Origin: Eledone cirrhosa
Taxonomy: Eukaryota
Direction: 5' to 3'
DNA: 64,000 nucleotides
Assembly: GCA_964016885.1 (NCBI GenBank)
Contig: OZ024742.1
Coordinates: 74,462,001-74,526,000 of the forward strand
Numbering within the stretch: position 1 is the stretch's first letter; each line of letters begins with the position of its first letter. This document shows, one piece after another, positions 1 through 11,842 of the stretch. The notes under the pieces are model-generated. The model saw only the letters and a list, made by a program, of their open reading frames with translations, did not search any database and was not told where the DNA came from. The translations under genes were made by a program, and so were the position numbers.

Positions 1-100
1 TTCAAATCCTACCTAGGTTAGCTTTACCTTTTATCCTTACGGAGACGATAAAATAAAGTACCAGTAATGCATTGGGGTTGATTTAATTGACTTTCCCCTC
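1..100 (+). mobile_element. tRNA-derived SINE, 3' part (same family as 41405-41592)
   Basis: ttcaaatcc...gctttaccttttatccttacgga..gataaaataaagtaccagtaatgca matches the body of the SINE at 41405-41592. Confidence 0.75.
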
Positions 101-138
101 TCGCAAAATTGTTTTTTTTTTAAAATAACTTTTCACCA

Positions 139-140
<2 letters not shown>

Positions 141-203
<63 letters not shown>

Positions 204-220
204 GAGAATGAGTGAGAGAG
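141..220. repeat. (AG)n microsatellite
   Basis: Direct reading. Confidence 0.95.
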
Positions 221-286
221 CGTTTCTAACATTGACACAAGACTCTTTCATTAGAATTTTGACATCAGCTACGTAAATACGCGTGC

Positions 287-387
<101 letters not shown>

Positions 388-2178
388 TGTGTGCGTGTAG
401 ATATGAATGTTATTGTATGTGGTGATGTATCTATTTTGAAGAATACTTATTAATTCAGCATAAATGTTCTCCTTTTCGCTAATCTTTAATATTATATTGA
501 CATCTGCTGTGCAGCTGACTTCCACTACTGTGTATGCCTTATTTTCTCTGCTCTATATCACTGTCTGCTTTGTTGTGTTTACATTTTATTGTGGTTTTGG
601 CTGGAACATTCCACCAGTTCTCTTTCATATATAGGCATATGTCCTCCGCATCCCTTTATCTTTTTATATTTTTAATCTTAGGAATATCCTCTCTACGGAT
701 TGAATTGTATGGTGTTTGAGCTACTACATCATGTATCATAGGCAGATAGTATCGTGATGACATCTTTGGACATTTGCTTATAATGGGTGACATCTTCGAT
801 ATTTATTCCGCAGAGTCTGCATCTGTTGTCACATCTAAATGTTTTTCCTGCATCCCTTTCTCTTTTGTGAATCAGGTATATTGTAGTTATTTCCTGTTCT
901 TGGATTGCAAATGTATATCCTTCAAAGTGAGAGCCAATATAGAGGTTGTTGATACGAGAAAGAATACTTTGCTTATCTATATTACTCTCACTTTCAAACT
1001 TCCTGGCAATATAGCCATGCATGATTTTTTGCTGATAAGCATACATTTTTCAACCACGGATTCAATGCGGTATTGCTGTGCAATTTCCCTGAGTGTGAAC
1101 TTTTGATTATCATGCAGCGAGCATTTCTAAAGGACCTCTTTCCCAACTCTCACGATGCTATCTGTCTCGTGTAGACAGATAGCATCATGAGAGTTGCTTG
1201 TTTTTGTCTCAGTCGAAACTTGGTGGATATGCAGCTTTGACAACCACTAACAAGTGAGAAACAACGTTGTCAGTGGCTTCTTTTTTTTTTTGCTGAGACT
1301 ATGGCTGTGTGATAGCGGTCATAACCTTAAAAAACATAGCGGAAAGCTGTCAAATGTTTTTCATAAATATCCTATATACAACACGTACACACACACGCAG
1401 ACACATACATATATATATATGTACACCCCCCATACTGTATTGTATGCTAAATGTAAATGTTAAATTATCATAATATACCAAGAGATCTATTTCAAGTTCT
1501 CATATTTTATCGTTAAATACTACTGATATCATTTCCCCAAAATTCCAGGGGCTGATGTGGTTTCTAAATGAAGGAAGAATTTCTATAAAAAGCAAAATAT
1601 AGTCTGTTTGAAATGTTACATTTTTCTACTTACGAAAAACTAATATTTTATTAAACGATTTCTGAGGAAGACCAGTTATTGAAATGAGTTTGTTATCGTC
1701 GATTATACATAATAGATGCTCATATTATCGATTAATGAATGAAAATAAAATCTGTCAAAATAAACACAATTCAAGCGTGATACGTAACTGAATATTCTAT
1801 TTAATTCAACATCTTAAAATTTTAGACATTCACGGCCTTGTTGATCAAGAGTGGTTCGACAAATCATTTTCTTAAACAGGCATAAAAAAAAATTAACAAT
1901 TTGTGATGTAAGGGAGGTAATTAATATTTGAGTACTCTCCCTTGTTTCGTGAAGTAGATAAAAATCTCGGGTTAATATTTTTTGCCAGTTGTTGAAAATG
2001 TTGACTTCGTTTCAATAGCAAAACTTAAATTATTTCTATAGTTTTTTTACCCTTATACTAAATATTTTATTTCAATTGACATTATATAATAATATGTAAT
2101 ATTTGTTTGCTACATTAGATTTGAAATATTTCAAAATTTATTGAAGTTTTCATACATAGTTTATGATAACACGAACTA

Positions 2179-2377
2179 CGTGGGTCGACTGAAAAGTTCA
2201 TAGGCTGACCAAAATACTCTCGTAGAATAACCAAATGAGGTTTATTTTTTAATATAGTCCCTGGAAAAGAAACAATGCAATTATTAATAAGAAGAGATTA
2301 AATGAATGCATGCAAGATTTCACATCTCTAGCATCACTTGTTCATAGCCAGCCTATGAACTTTTCAGCAGATCCTCG
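2179..2377. mobile_element. Tc1/mariner-type MITE
   Basis: TIRs cg..ggtc..ctgaaaagttcataggctg / cagcctatgaacttttcag...cctcg with TA on both sides; related inverted copy at 63364-63560. Confidence 0.8.
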
Positions 2378-3470
2378 TATTATAGAACTGGAAGGCGCGC
2401 TTAGAATTTACACATTTCCCACCTATGGAAAGGATTAGTAAGAGAAAAATAGGTTTGATATTTGGAGCAATTTTATTTAGATATTTTATTTAAAAAATCT
2501 ACAAGCTTAGATTCGGTTGTCCCCAGTTTACTTAAACGTACAACTACTCACGCACACATGCACGCACACGCCCCCCCCCACCCACACTCACACACATAAC
2601 TTACATGTACTTATGAACACCATACATACATATATACATGGTGGCAGCAACTTGATTTCGAGTAATGCCATCTCTTGATACTTGAGCATGAGTATCACGG
2701 ATGTTGTTTTTTAGTCCAGCTTGGGACTTGCCTATGACCAGCAATACCATGCATCGCAAAGAATGTTACATGTCAAGCGATATACATACACCCCACACAC
2801 ACATACGCACACATACATACATACATACATGATGGCTGCCCCCTCGTTATCGAGTATGGCCATTGCACGATATACCATTATTAATAATTATTAATTAATT
2901 CTATCGTGCAATGCCTGTGCGTGAATATATTTTTTAAAGTGAGGAAAGACTGTGCACTGAGCCAATCCCACTATCTGAGCGACAGTAGCTATAACCGAAA
3001 AGATGTAAAAATCAACATCATCGGTAACTACTGAGCTGCAGGTTTTATATCGGAGTTATCCCAGTTTCCTGAGTTGCCTTCTCCTAGAAGAATGACCTGA
3101 GAAAGGCTAGGGGTCCTTCACTCCCAGTGGTTTAACCGCGCGATGGAGTGTCCATCCCGACTATTTCTATGTCCCCGCGCATATACATACACATGCACCC
3201 ATGTATATACACATATACATATACATACATATGTACATGTGTATATACATATTTACACACTTTTGGATGGCTGTTGACCCTTATGAGTTCTTCCGCCCTT
3301 TGTCAGGTTTTGTTTTTTGTCCTGCAGGGTGTCCAAAATCACCCTCCTCACCAAGTAAACTTGGTGGGGTGCCGGTTTAGTCGCCGACGACCCGACTATG
3401 CGACAGGTTGTACTGGGTTACATGTTACCAGTAGCACTCAAGAGTGACCCCACACATACATACATACAGA

Positions 3471-4285
3471 CAGAACTAACATCGAAGATCTCACCCATGT
3501 CATCAGCAGCTGTCCAAAGATATCATCGCGGTACTATCTACCAATGAGGCATGATGTAGTGGCCAAAACACTGTACAACGCAATGCGTAGAAAAGATAGC
3601 CCCGATAATAAACACATTAAAAGCCACAGCAATGTGGAAGACATCCATGTACATAATATGAAAGAGTACTGATGGAATGTTCCAGTAAAAACCCCAATAA
3701 AATGCAGGCATAACAGACCAGATATTATGATATGTGACAGGGAAAAGAAAGCATGCACAGTAGTGGAAGTTAGCTGCCCAGCAGATGCCAATATAATATC
3801 AAAGATTAGCGAAAAGGAGAATATTTATGCAGAACTGATGAGAAATCTGTAGATACTCCACCCTGACTATACCTTCAGATTTATGCCTGTGATTATTGGG
3901 GCACTGGGATATATTAGTAACTGCCCCTATACAAATTTTGAGAAGCTGGGCTTCACAGGAACAGAAAGAACAGAACTAGTTAGGAAATTACAAGTACAAT
4001 CCAATTACAGTAAAAATATGTAAAACATTCCAAAAATGTTGCATCTAATAACTGCTTATATACATGTACAGATACAAAGCATATATACATGCACACATAC
4101 AACTCAAAACATACACATCCACACATACAATAACATCCATATATACACATGCATGCGTGCAGACATGCATACATAATCTACCTAGTTGACGTTGTGTAAA
4201 TTCCAATGAGAGAGTCTTGTGTCTATGTTAGAAACCGACTCTCTCTCTATTGGTAAAAATTTGTGAAATTATAAAACCAGAAGAA
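3471..4285 (+). mobile_element. R4/Dong-like RLE retrotransposon, 5'-truncated copy A, in (CATA)n
   Basis: Encodes RHD, RPDI.I.D, VEVSCP and IIGALG (RLE domain) with stops; 3' UTR ends ...aaaaccagaagaa, then CATA repeats. Confidence 0.85.
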
Positions 4286-4298
4286 CATACATACATAC

Positions 4299-5299
4299 AC
4301 ATGCAAAAAATCATGCATGGATATGTTGCCAGGAAGCTCCAGAGTGAGAGTAATATAGATAAGGAAAGTAGTCTATCTTGGACCAACAACCGCTATATTG
4401 GCTCCCACTTTGAAGGATACGTTTTGCAATCCAGGAACAGGAGATTAGCACGAAATACCTGATTCACAAAAAAGATAGGGATGCAGGCAAAACACCTAGA
4501 TGTGATAACAAGTGCAGACTCTGCAGAACTAACATCGAGGATATCACCCATGTCATCAGCAGCTGTCCAAAGATGTCATCGCGGTACTATCTACCTATGA
4601 GGCATGATGTATTGGCCAAAACACTGTACAATGCAGTTCGTAAAAAAAGATAGCCCCCATAATAAACACATTAAAAGCTACAGCAATGTGGAAGACATCC
4701 ATGTACATAATATGAAAGAGTACTGGTGGAATGTTCCAGTAAAAATCCCAATAAAATGCAGGCATAACAGACCAGATATTATGATCTGGGACAGGGAGAA
4801 GAAAACATGCACAGTAGTGGAAATTAGCTGCCCAGCAGATGCCAATATAATATCAAAGATTAGTGAAAAGGAGAATATTTATGCAGAACTGATGAGAAAT
4901 CTGCAGATACTCCACCCTGATTACACCTTCAGATTTATACCTGTGATTATTGGGGCACTGGGATATGTTAGGCTTCACAGGAACAGAAGGAACACAACTA
5001 GTTAGGAAATTACAAGTACAATCCATTAATGGAACAGTAAAAATATGTAAAACATTCCAAAAATGTTGCATCTAATAACTGCATATACACATGTACAGAT
5101 ACAAAGCATATACACATGCACACATACAACTCAAAACATCCACATCCACACATATAATAACATCCATATCTACACATGCATACATACATATATACCTAGT
5201 TGATGTTGTGTAAACTCCAATGAGAGAGTCTTGTGTCTATGTTAGAAACCGACTCTCGCTCTATTGGTAAAACTTTGTGAAATTATAAAACCAGAAGAA
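4299..5299 (+). mobile_element. R4/Dong-like RLE retrotransposon, 5'-truncated copy B, in (CATA)n
   Basis: Tandem homologue of copy A with CCHC knuckle (CRLC..IEDITHVISSC) and RPDIMIWD; same 3' end followed by (CATA)n. Confidence 0.85.
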
Positions 5300-5401
5300 C
5301 ATACATACATACATGATGGTTGCAAACTATGCTAAGAGTACTGCAATCGCTTATCCGATTATAGTGTTCGGTGTACTTTTAGGCTACGGCCAGCCACGCG
5401 A

Positions 5402-6526
5402 ACTTGTAAATCAATAGAAAAAAAATCAATAATACAATTTTTTAATAGCTTTAATCTTAAGTTAGAAATAGAGAATAATTATAAAATAGTTAACTTTTTA
5501 GATGTAACATTAAACCTTAATACTGGGCTATACTATCCATTTCATAAAATCAATGAGAATTTAAATTATGTTAACTTTAACTCTAATCACCCTAGATCTG
5601 TTAAGAACACCATCGTAAATTCCGTACAGCAACGTATTTCTAGAATCTCAGCGAATAACAATATATTTGAAGATAAGGCACAATATTATAACGAAGCTTT
5701 AAGTAGAGCAGGCTATAATAATGAAATTAAATACATCGACAATAATGATACGTCAATTAACCATAATTATTATTATAATTATAATAAGAAACCTAGCACA
5801 AACTCTAAAACTAAAAGAAGAAACAGAACTAGAAACATAATTTGGTACGCTCCCCCTTTCTCAATAAGTATTAAAACACCTTTAGCTAAACTATTTTTTA
5901 AAGCTCTTGATAATTGTTTTCCCAAGGCACATAGATATTATTCAATCTTTAACAGACATACAATTAAACTATCATACTCTACTACTATGAATTTAGCACA
6001 GAATATAAATAGAATCAATAATAGAAATCTAAACCTTAACCAGATTAGCATTAATACATCTAGCAATATCCAATATAATAATACTGTTCCCAATAATTTA
6101 AATTCTGATAATTGTAATTGTAGAATGAAATCTAACTGTCCTTTAAAAAATAACTGTTTAGTTAAAAATGTGGTTTATAAATGCAATGTCAAAACCAATG
6201 ATAATTCCTTTAACTATGTTGGCTCTACTTCTACAGACTTCAAATCTCGTTTCAATAACCATAAATGTTCGTTTAGGAATATTGGTAAAAAAATTTCTAT
6301 ATCCAGCTTATTATGGAACTTAAAATCCAAGAATATAAACTATTCTTTATCTTGGAATATTGTTTCTAAAGCACCTGCCTACACAAACACAGCTTTATCC
6401 AACTTATGTGTTGAAGAAATATTCTTTATACTTAAATGTAAGAACTCCATTAATTTGCGTAATCATTTATTTAGTTCTTGTAAACATCGTTTAAATTCAA
6501 CTTTTAAATATATACATAAAATGTAA
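5402..6526 (+). pseudogene. PLE ORF remnant (C-terminal RT plus GIY-YIG endonuclease)
   Basis: The frame of ORF 5987..6526 stays stop-free upstream to at least 5402 by my manual translation. Confidence 0.85.
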
Positions 6527-7985
6527 TTACACATTTAATCTTCCCTACATAATGTTTACTCTATCCAAACACCTATAATCTCATTTCTTAAATTATATCC
6601 ATATATGTTCAGAAATTTAATCTAATTCCAATTTTAATATCTTTTACTTCGTAAATATATATATATAATACACTTCTTAAATTTCTAATTTACTTCTTAA
6701 AACCTTTACTTTCTAATATTTCTACCTCATAAATATATTTTTACCTTTATCTATCTTACTTCCAAAAATATCTTATAATCCTTTCGGAATGATTACTTGA
6801 AACTTTAAAAAATCTCTTTCAAATTTTTTGAAAATTTTAAAATGCTTTAAAAAATAAAAAAAAATATTTTAGAAAATTATATATATAAAAAAATTATTCT
6901 TTTTGGTCAACTAATATTTTAATATTTTTGGGATTTTATATTTTCCAATATTTAAACACTTTTAAATATTTTAAATATTTTAAGTGTTTAAGTATTTTCA
7001 AATATTTCCGAATACTTCTTTATAGTTTGAATAATCTTAGATGTTAATTATAATTTATGAATAGTTTATAAGTTTTTAAAAAGATTTTTGTGTATCTTTG
7101 GAGTCTTTGAGTTTTCTAAAAAATCTCCTAAAACTTCTTTATAGTTTTTTATAATCTGAATTTTTATAATCTTAATTTTTAAATGGTTTTAGTATATACT
7201 TTTATTTAAGTATTTAATCTTGTGTAAACTCTCGTAATTTGTCGTAATCTTTGTAATTTTTCTAAGTATTTAAGATTTGACTTAGAACCGATAATAAAAT
7301 CTAGCTAAATATATTTTTGTCAAACTTATCCCATAATAACTAATAAATAAACAAAACTGGATTCTCAATATTTTCCCAATGTAAAACTATCATCTATAAC
7401 ATGACATACCCATCTTTACCCATATATTTTTTATTAATATATTTTAATATATTTTAAACACATCTTTATTATAATATATTTTTTAATTTAACATTATTTT
7501 TAATTTAACATTATTTTCAATTTATCAAAATTTTTAATTCATCATTATTTTTAATATAAATATAGCATAAAAGAACGATATATTTACGATTTACATCTCT
7601 TGATAACCTTATTTCTTCGCTCGTTCTTAATTTTCCCTATTTCTTTCTCCCTTTTTTCTTCTTTCTTCTCTCTTTCTCTTTCTTCTTTTTTCTTCTCTCT
7701 TTCTCTTTCTCTTTTTCTCTCTCTTCTTCCAACAGTATAATCTAAATAAACCGTTGTTTTTTCAATTCTTTCTGACATTCATTTGCATACTCACACATAA
7801 CTTTGAATTACCCTAAATAAAATTTTTTTTCCACTATCCAGAGAACCTTCAACCGTCAAGGTTGTTTTTCTGCGGGTATGTCAACATTTATAAAACAAAC
7901 TTTGTATTTTATCTGATGAAAGCGCACCAAAATTTGCCTTGGTTGCCCTTGAAATATATATAATAAAATAATTCTGGTTTTATAT
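5405..7985 (+). mobile_element. Penelope-like element (PLE), 5'-truncated: RT thumb, GIY-YIG endonuclease, long AT/CT-rich 3' UTR and hammerhead-bearing pLTR, ending in (TA)n
   Basis: VNFLDVTL, SNHP, RNIIWYAPPFS, IFNRHTIKLSYS, CNC.....CPL...CL, VVY..YVGST..FKSRFNNH; hammerhead at 7905-7970. Confidence 0.88.
7905..7970 (+). ncRNA. Type I minimal hammerhead ribozyme (PLE pLTR)
   Basis: Stem I TATTTTAT/ATAAAATA, core CTGATGA (7913-7919), imperfect stem II, GAAA (7951-7954), T-ATAT-A stem III, predicted cleavage after A7962. Confidence 0.82.
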
Positions 7986-7987
7986 AT

Positions 7988-7989
<2 letters not shown>

Positions 7990-8060
<71 letters not shown>
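7990..8060. repeat. (TA)n microsatellite
   Basis: Direct reading; further TA tracts at 8150-8201 and 15673-15719 flank the Gypsy. Confidence 0.95.
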
Positions 8061-8067
<7 letters not shown>

Positions 8068-8148
8068 CCACACTCTACTCTGTATGAATATTGAGTGCTA
8101 ATTTTGGCATACCGCCTATGGAATCACCATAGCTACCATTATACACAA

Positions 8149-8201
<53 letters not shown>

Positions 8202-8207
<6 letters not shown>

Positions 8208-8661
8208 AAGACGCCTCACGCCCCCTGGCGGATAATGGACCAGGCCTAGTTGTCTCCCCCTGGTTGAGAAGACCGAGGAGAGCAGACAGCCACGGAAAAG
8301 CAGACGGCATACACGCCACAGAAAACAGCCCCTGTACCACGAAATGATAAACAGCCAAGGGAACAGCAAACAGAAAACCCCACAATACCTTTGTAATTGT
8401 AATACGCTCCCTTCACCACAACTGACCGCGTCTATATTTGGTATGTTTCATTTGTAATATAATAAACACATATAAACAAATTAAACATCACCATTATTTA
8501 CATTTGTTGAATATAATTCTCGTTGTGGCTATTGTCTTGTTTACGCACATACCCACTCACTTTGTTATAATTCTCACTTACAAAAATGGTAAATAGACGA
8601 GGAACCTTCCCTCACGTCTATGTCGATAAACAATCCAACTAGGATACTTCATTTTACCACA
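8202..8661 (+). repeat. Gypsy 5' LTR
   Basis: TGTAGT...TTTTACCACA; differs from 15215-15672 by about 8 substitutions and one 2-bp indel by eye. Confidence 0.95.
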
Positions 8662-8662
8662 C

Positions 8663-8678
8663 TGGTGACCGACGTAAG
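8663..8678 (+). promoter_or_regulatory. Primer binding site, tRNA-Trp-like
   Basis: TGGTGACCGACGT one base after the LTR; resembles the Trp PBS TGGTGACCCCGACGT with a 2-nt deletion. Confidence 0.75.
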
Positions 8679-9207
8679 AATTTTACGCAGCCTTTTTATT
8701 CAGTTGAACTTCACTGTTATTACCACGTTGCCAACCTTTTCGCAACTTACAAAAATACAAGAAAAAAAAAAGGACAGAGAAATAATAAAGTGTTTATACC
8801 GTATTGACAAGGTATACAAACCAGCCAACATTTTTTTCAAAGATGGCGTTGCTTTCCTTCCCCGTTTTGTAATTTTCCGCCAGGACAGGGACATTTTGAA
8901 TTGCGTCTGTGTGTTCCATATTTGATCAAGGCAAAAAAACATTTTTGTGAACATTACTGCCCCGCAGGGGATACACATGCCTTACTTTTTTCCTAAGGGA
9001 TTTTTAGCCACAGGCTACCTATTGTTGATATCCAACGTGGATATATTCTAAAACAAACATTTTTTTTTCTCTTTTTCACGGGTTATTTGATTTGGCTTGC
9101 TCGTTGAAGCAACACAAGGGGACAGACGTTGAAGAAGAAAAAAAAAAAAAATATATATGTATTTTACGATAGTAAACTAATGGAAATTATATTTATAAAA
9201 CCATATT

Positions 9208-9273
9208 TATTTCATTATACATATTTCAGGGATACCATATTAAAAATATGGCATGCCTTCGTCAGATAAAATA
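9208..9273 (-). ncRNA. Type I hammerhead ribozyme (inverted copy)
   Basis: Reverse complement of 10701-10766; TCGTCAG at 9259-9265. Confidence 0.82.
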
Positions 9274-10247
9274 CAATATATAAACTGTTTTATAAATAAT
9301 GTTGACGTACCATAAATATAAGCCACCATTAAGGTAGGAAGCTGGCTTGGTAGTGAGGTGTTTATAATTATTTAGTTATAGTGTTAAGCACAGTTAGAAA
9401 GAAAGACTAAATATAAGAGCATGCGTAGAACCACAGGGTCTTCTAAATCCTTTAAATAATTTCTGTGCTGATATATTGATATCTGGTTATCTCTATACAA
9501 AGGCCATATGTATTAACATGCATATGGAAAGATTACAGAGTATATTTTATCTGTTCATGTGCTTGTATGTGTGCATAGAGATGCTGGAACACTCACGCAG
9601 ATATCTTGTGTATACATATATATGTATATATATATATATGTAGGTATAGTTCTGTATAAGTTACATATATGCATAATATTATATACATGAACGATAATCA
9701 TATGTGTGAGGGCTTGAATATTAATCGTTTATTTTTATATATATATATATAGTGAAATTTTTTATAACACAAGGAAATCTTTTTATGACACAAGAAATTA
9801 TAGAGTTGATCACGTAAAGTCATGTGTATGTCTGTTTTATCGACTAGAGCTTGACATAACTTACTCTTTTTCTTTTTTCAGAAAGTTTTTGAAGATTTAT
9901 CTCAGTTTTTGGTACATTGACCTCAGAGTTTTAAACTAAACATATGGTCATTATTGAGCAAAATTATTTTCACACATTATATATCTATGTCTCATTCATG
10001 AATATTGATATTTACATTATATTACCCAGTTCATATGAATTGATAATTCAAATTGATAGGACATGACGTAAAGATGTAACTTTATCATCCCTCTCTCTAG
10101 ATATAGCTCTTTCTTCTCCTCTCTCTTTATATATGATGAAGTTTATGTATCTGTCGTTTTGACTTTGCCTCCCATGTTTCTCTCTTATTTCTCTCTTGAT
10201 TTTCACCTCCCCCTATATAATTATTTTTTCTCCCTCTTTCTTTTCCT

Positions 10248-10300
<53 letters not shown>

Positions 10301-10700
10301 TTTCTCGTCATCTCCATTTTTTCTTTCTCTCCGTCTCTTCTCTAACTGTGCATAACACTATAACTAAATAATTACCGTACTCCCTCTCTTAAATCTCTCT
10401 ATTTGTATGGTGAATTATTATTATTCATCTGTTGACTTCGGTTGCCTCTCTTTTTTCACCTCCTCCTTCTTTCTCTCTCCCCTATTTCTCTCTATTTCTC
10501 TCTATTTCTCTCTATTTCTCTCTATTTCTCTCTGTTTTTCTTTACATACATTTCTTCTTTTTCTCCGTCTTTCTTTCTAACTGTGCTTAACACTATAACT
10601 AAATAATTATAAACACCTCACTACCAAGCCAGCTTCCTACCTTAATGGTGGCTTATATTTATGGTACGTCAAAATTATTTATAAAACAGTTTATATATTG

Positions 10701-10766
10701 TATTTTATCTGACGAAGGCATGCCATATTTTTAATATGGTATCCCTGAAATATGTATAATGAAATA
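10701..10766 (+). ncRNA. Type I hammerhead ribozyme
   Basis: Stem I TATTTTAT/ATGAAATA, CTGACGA (10709-10715), stem II AGGCATGCCATATT/AATATGGTATCCCT, GAAA (10747-10750), predicted cleavage after A10758. Confidence 0.85.
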
Positions 10767-11061
10767 AATATGGTTTTATAAATATAGTTTCCATTTGTTT
10801 ACTATTGTATATCTACTCCAAAAACTTGTCGAGTGCTTTATATCGGTTATAATATATTTACTTGTTGTAACCCAACAATTTTAAATAAAACTTTTGCATA
10901 TATATGTATTTTATGTATTTTTCCTATTTCCTAATGTTTTGAATGTCTGTTTCTTTTTGACCTTTGATTTTTTTTCCATATCGGGTGTTTGCTTTTCCTT
11001 GTACGAGGGAACATTAATTGCTGTTTATATATATATATTTTTTTATTTTAAACGTTTCACG

Positions 11062-11842
11062 ATGAATACGCCATATTTGCCCGCCTTTACTGGAAACCCT
11101 AAGCTGTGGTTCGCCCAGCTACAGGCGTATTTTACGGTCTGTAAGACCGAGTCTGACCAGCGCCTCGCTGTCTTGATTAGCGGACTTCCCCCTAATTTAG
11201 CAGATTCGGTCCAAGACCTAATTACAGACCCCCCCCCCCTCTGACTTAACGTATGAGTCTTTAAAAGGCGAGATCTTGAGAAGGAACTGTAAGTCGGTAG
11301 AGAGTCGTTTTCGGTCATTGATCGAGGACGAACGACTAGGTGACAGAACCCCTACCGCTTTTCTCCGGCATTTGCAGGAATTGAGTGATTACCAAGATCA
11401 GGATAGCCCTTTCCTGAAGCAATTGTTCTTCTCTCGCCTACCTCAAGAGGTACAGGCGATCCTAGCCCATATGCTAGAAGTAAATACCCTCGATCACATT
11501 GCTGTCTCTGCTGACAAAATAGTAGAAGTGATGAAGAGAGACACTTCGAAGCAAAAGTACGTTGCTTCCTCTTCTCTTCCTCAATCACGCTCATCAGCGA
11601 GTGATGAGAAGTTAGTCAAAACAATGGAAGCCATGACTCGTCAAATGGCGGAGTTGTGCCAGGAATTCAGGTCTTTTGGACGGCAGAGGAGCCGCTCACG
11701 ATCTTATTCAACTCCTCGCCACCGTAGCCTTTCCAAAACATCAAATCAAACATATTGTTATTACCATGACAAATATGGTGACAAAGCCGCCCGTTGTAGG
11801 CCTCCTTGTGCTTACAAGGGAAACAACGACCAGAGTCACTAA
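11062..11842 (+). pseudogene. gag: Gypsy gag, frameshifted near the poly-C run at ~11229-11240
   Basis: LPAF..NPKLWFAQLQAYF, LGDRTPTAFLRHL, C-terminal CYYH..YGDKAARCRPPC. Confidence 0.85.

Larger units (their letters stand above)
9165..10809. mobile_element. Non-coding PLE-derived insertion with 243-bp inverted pLTRs, nested in the Gypsy leader
   Basis: 9165-9407 is the near-perfect reverse complement of 10567-10809; each arm carries a hammerhead related to 7905-7970. Confidence 0.75.

Noticed and set aside
1655-1700. CTGAGGA...GAAA resembling a hammerhead core
   Set aside because: No convincing stem II or stem I pairing
2830-3450. GC-richer hairpin-bearing islands resembling RTE/SINE 5' regions; tested by eye for HDV-like or twister folds
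   Set aside because: Could not build the full pseudoknot and cannot assign a family
7584-8385. Short ORFs with YIYI or ERER runs, and similar poly-I/V/T ORFs elsewhere
   Set aside because: Translations of microsatellites or antisense frames of TE ORFs
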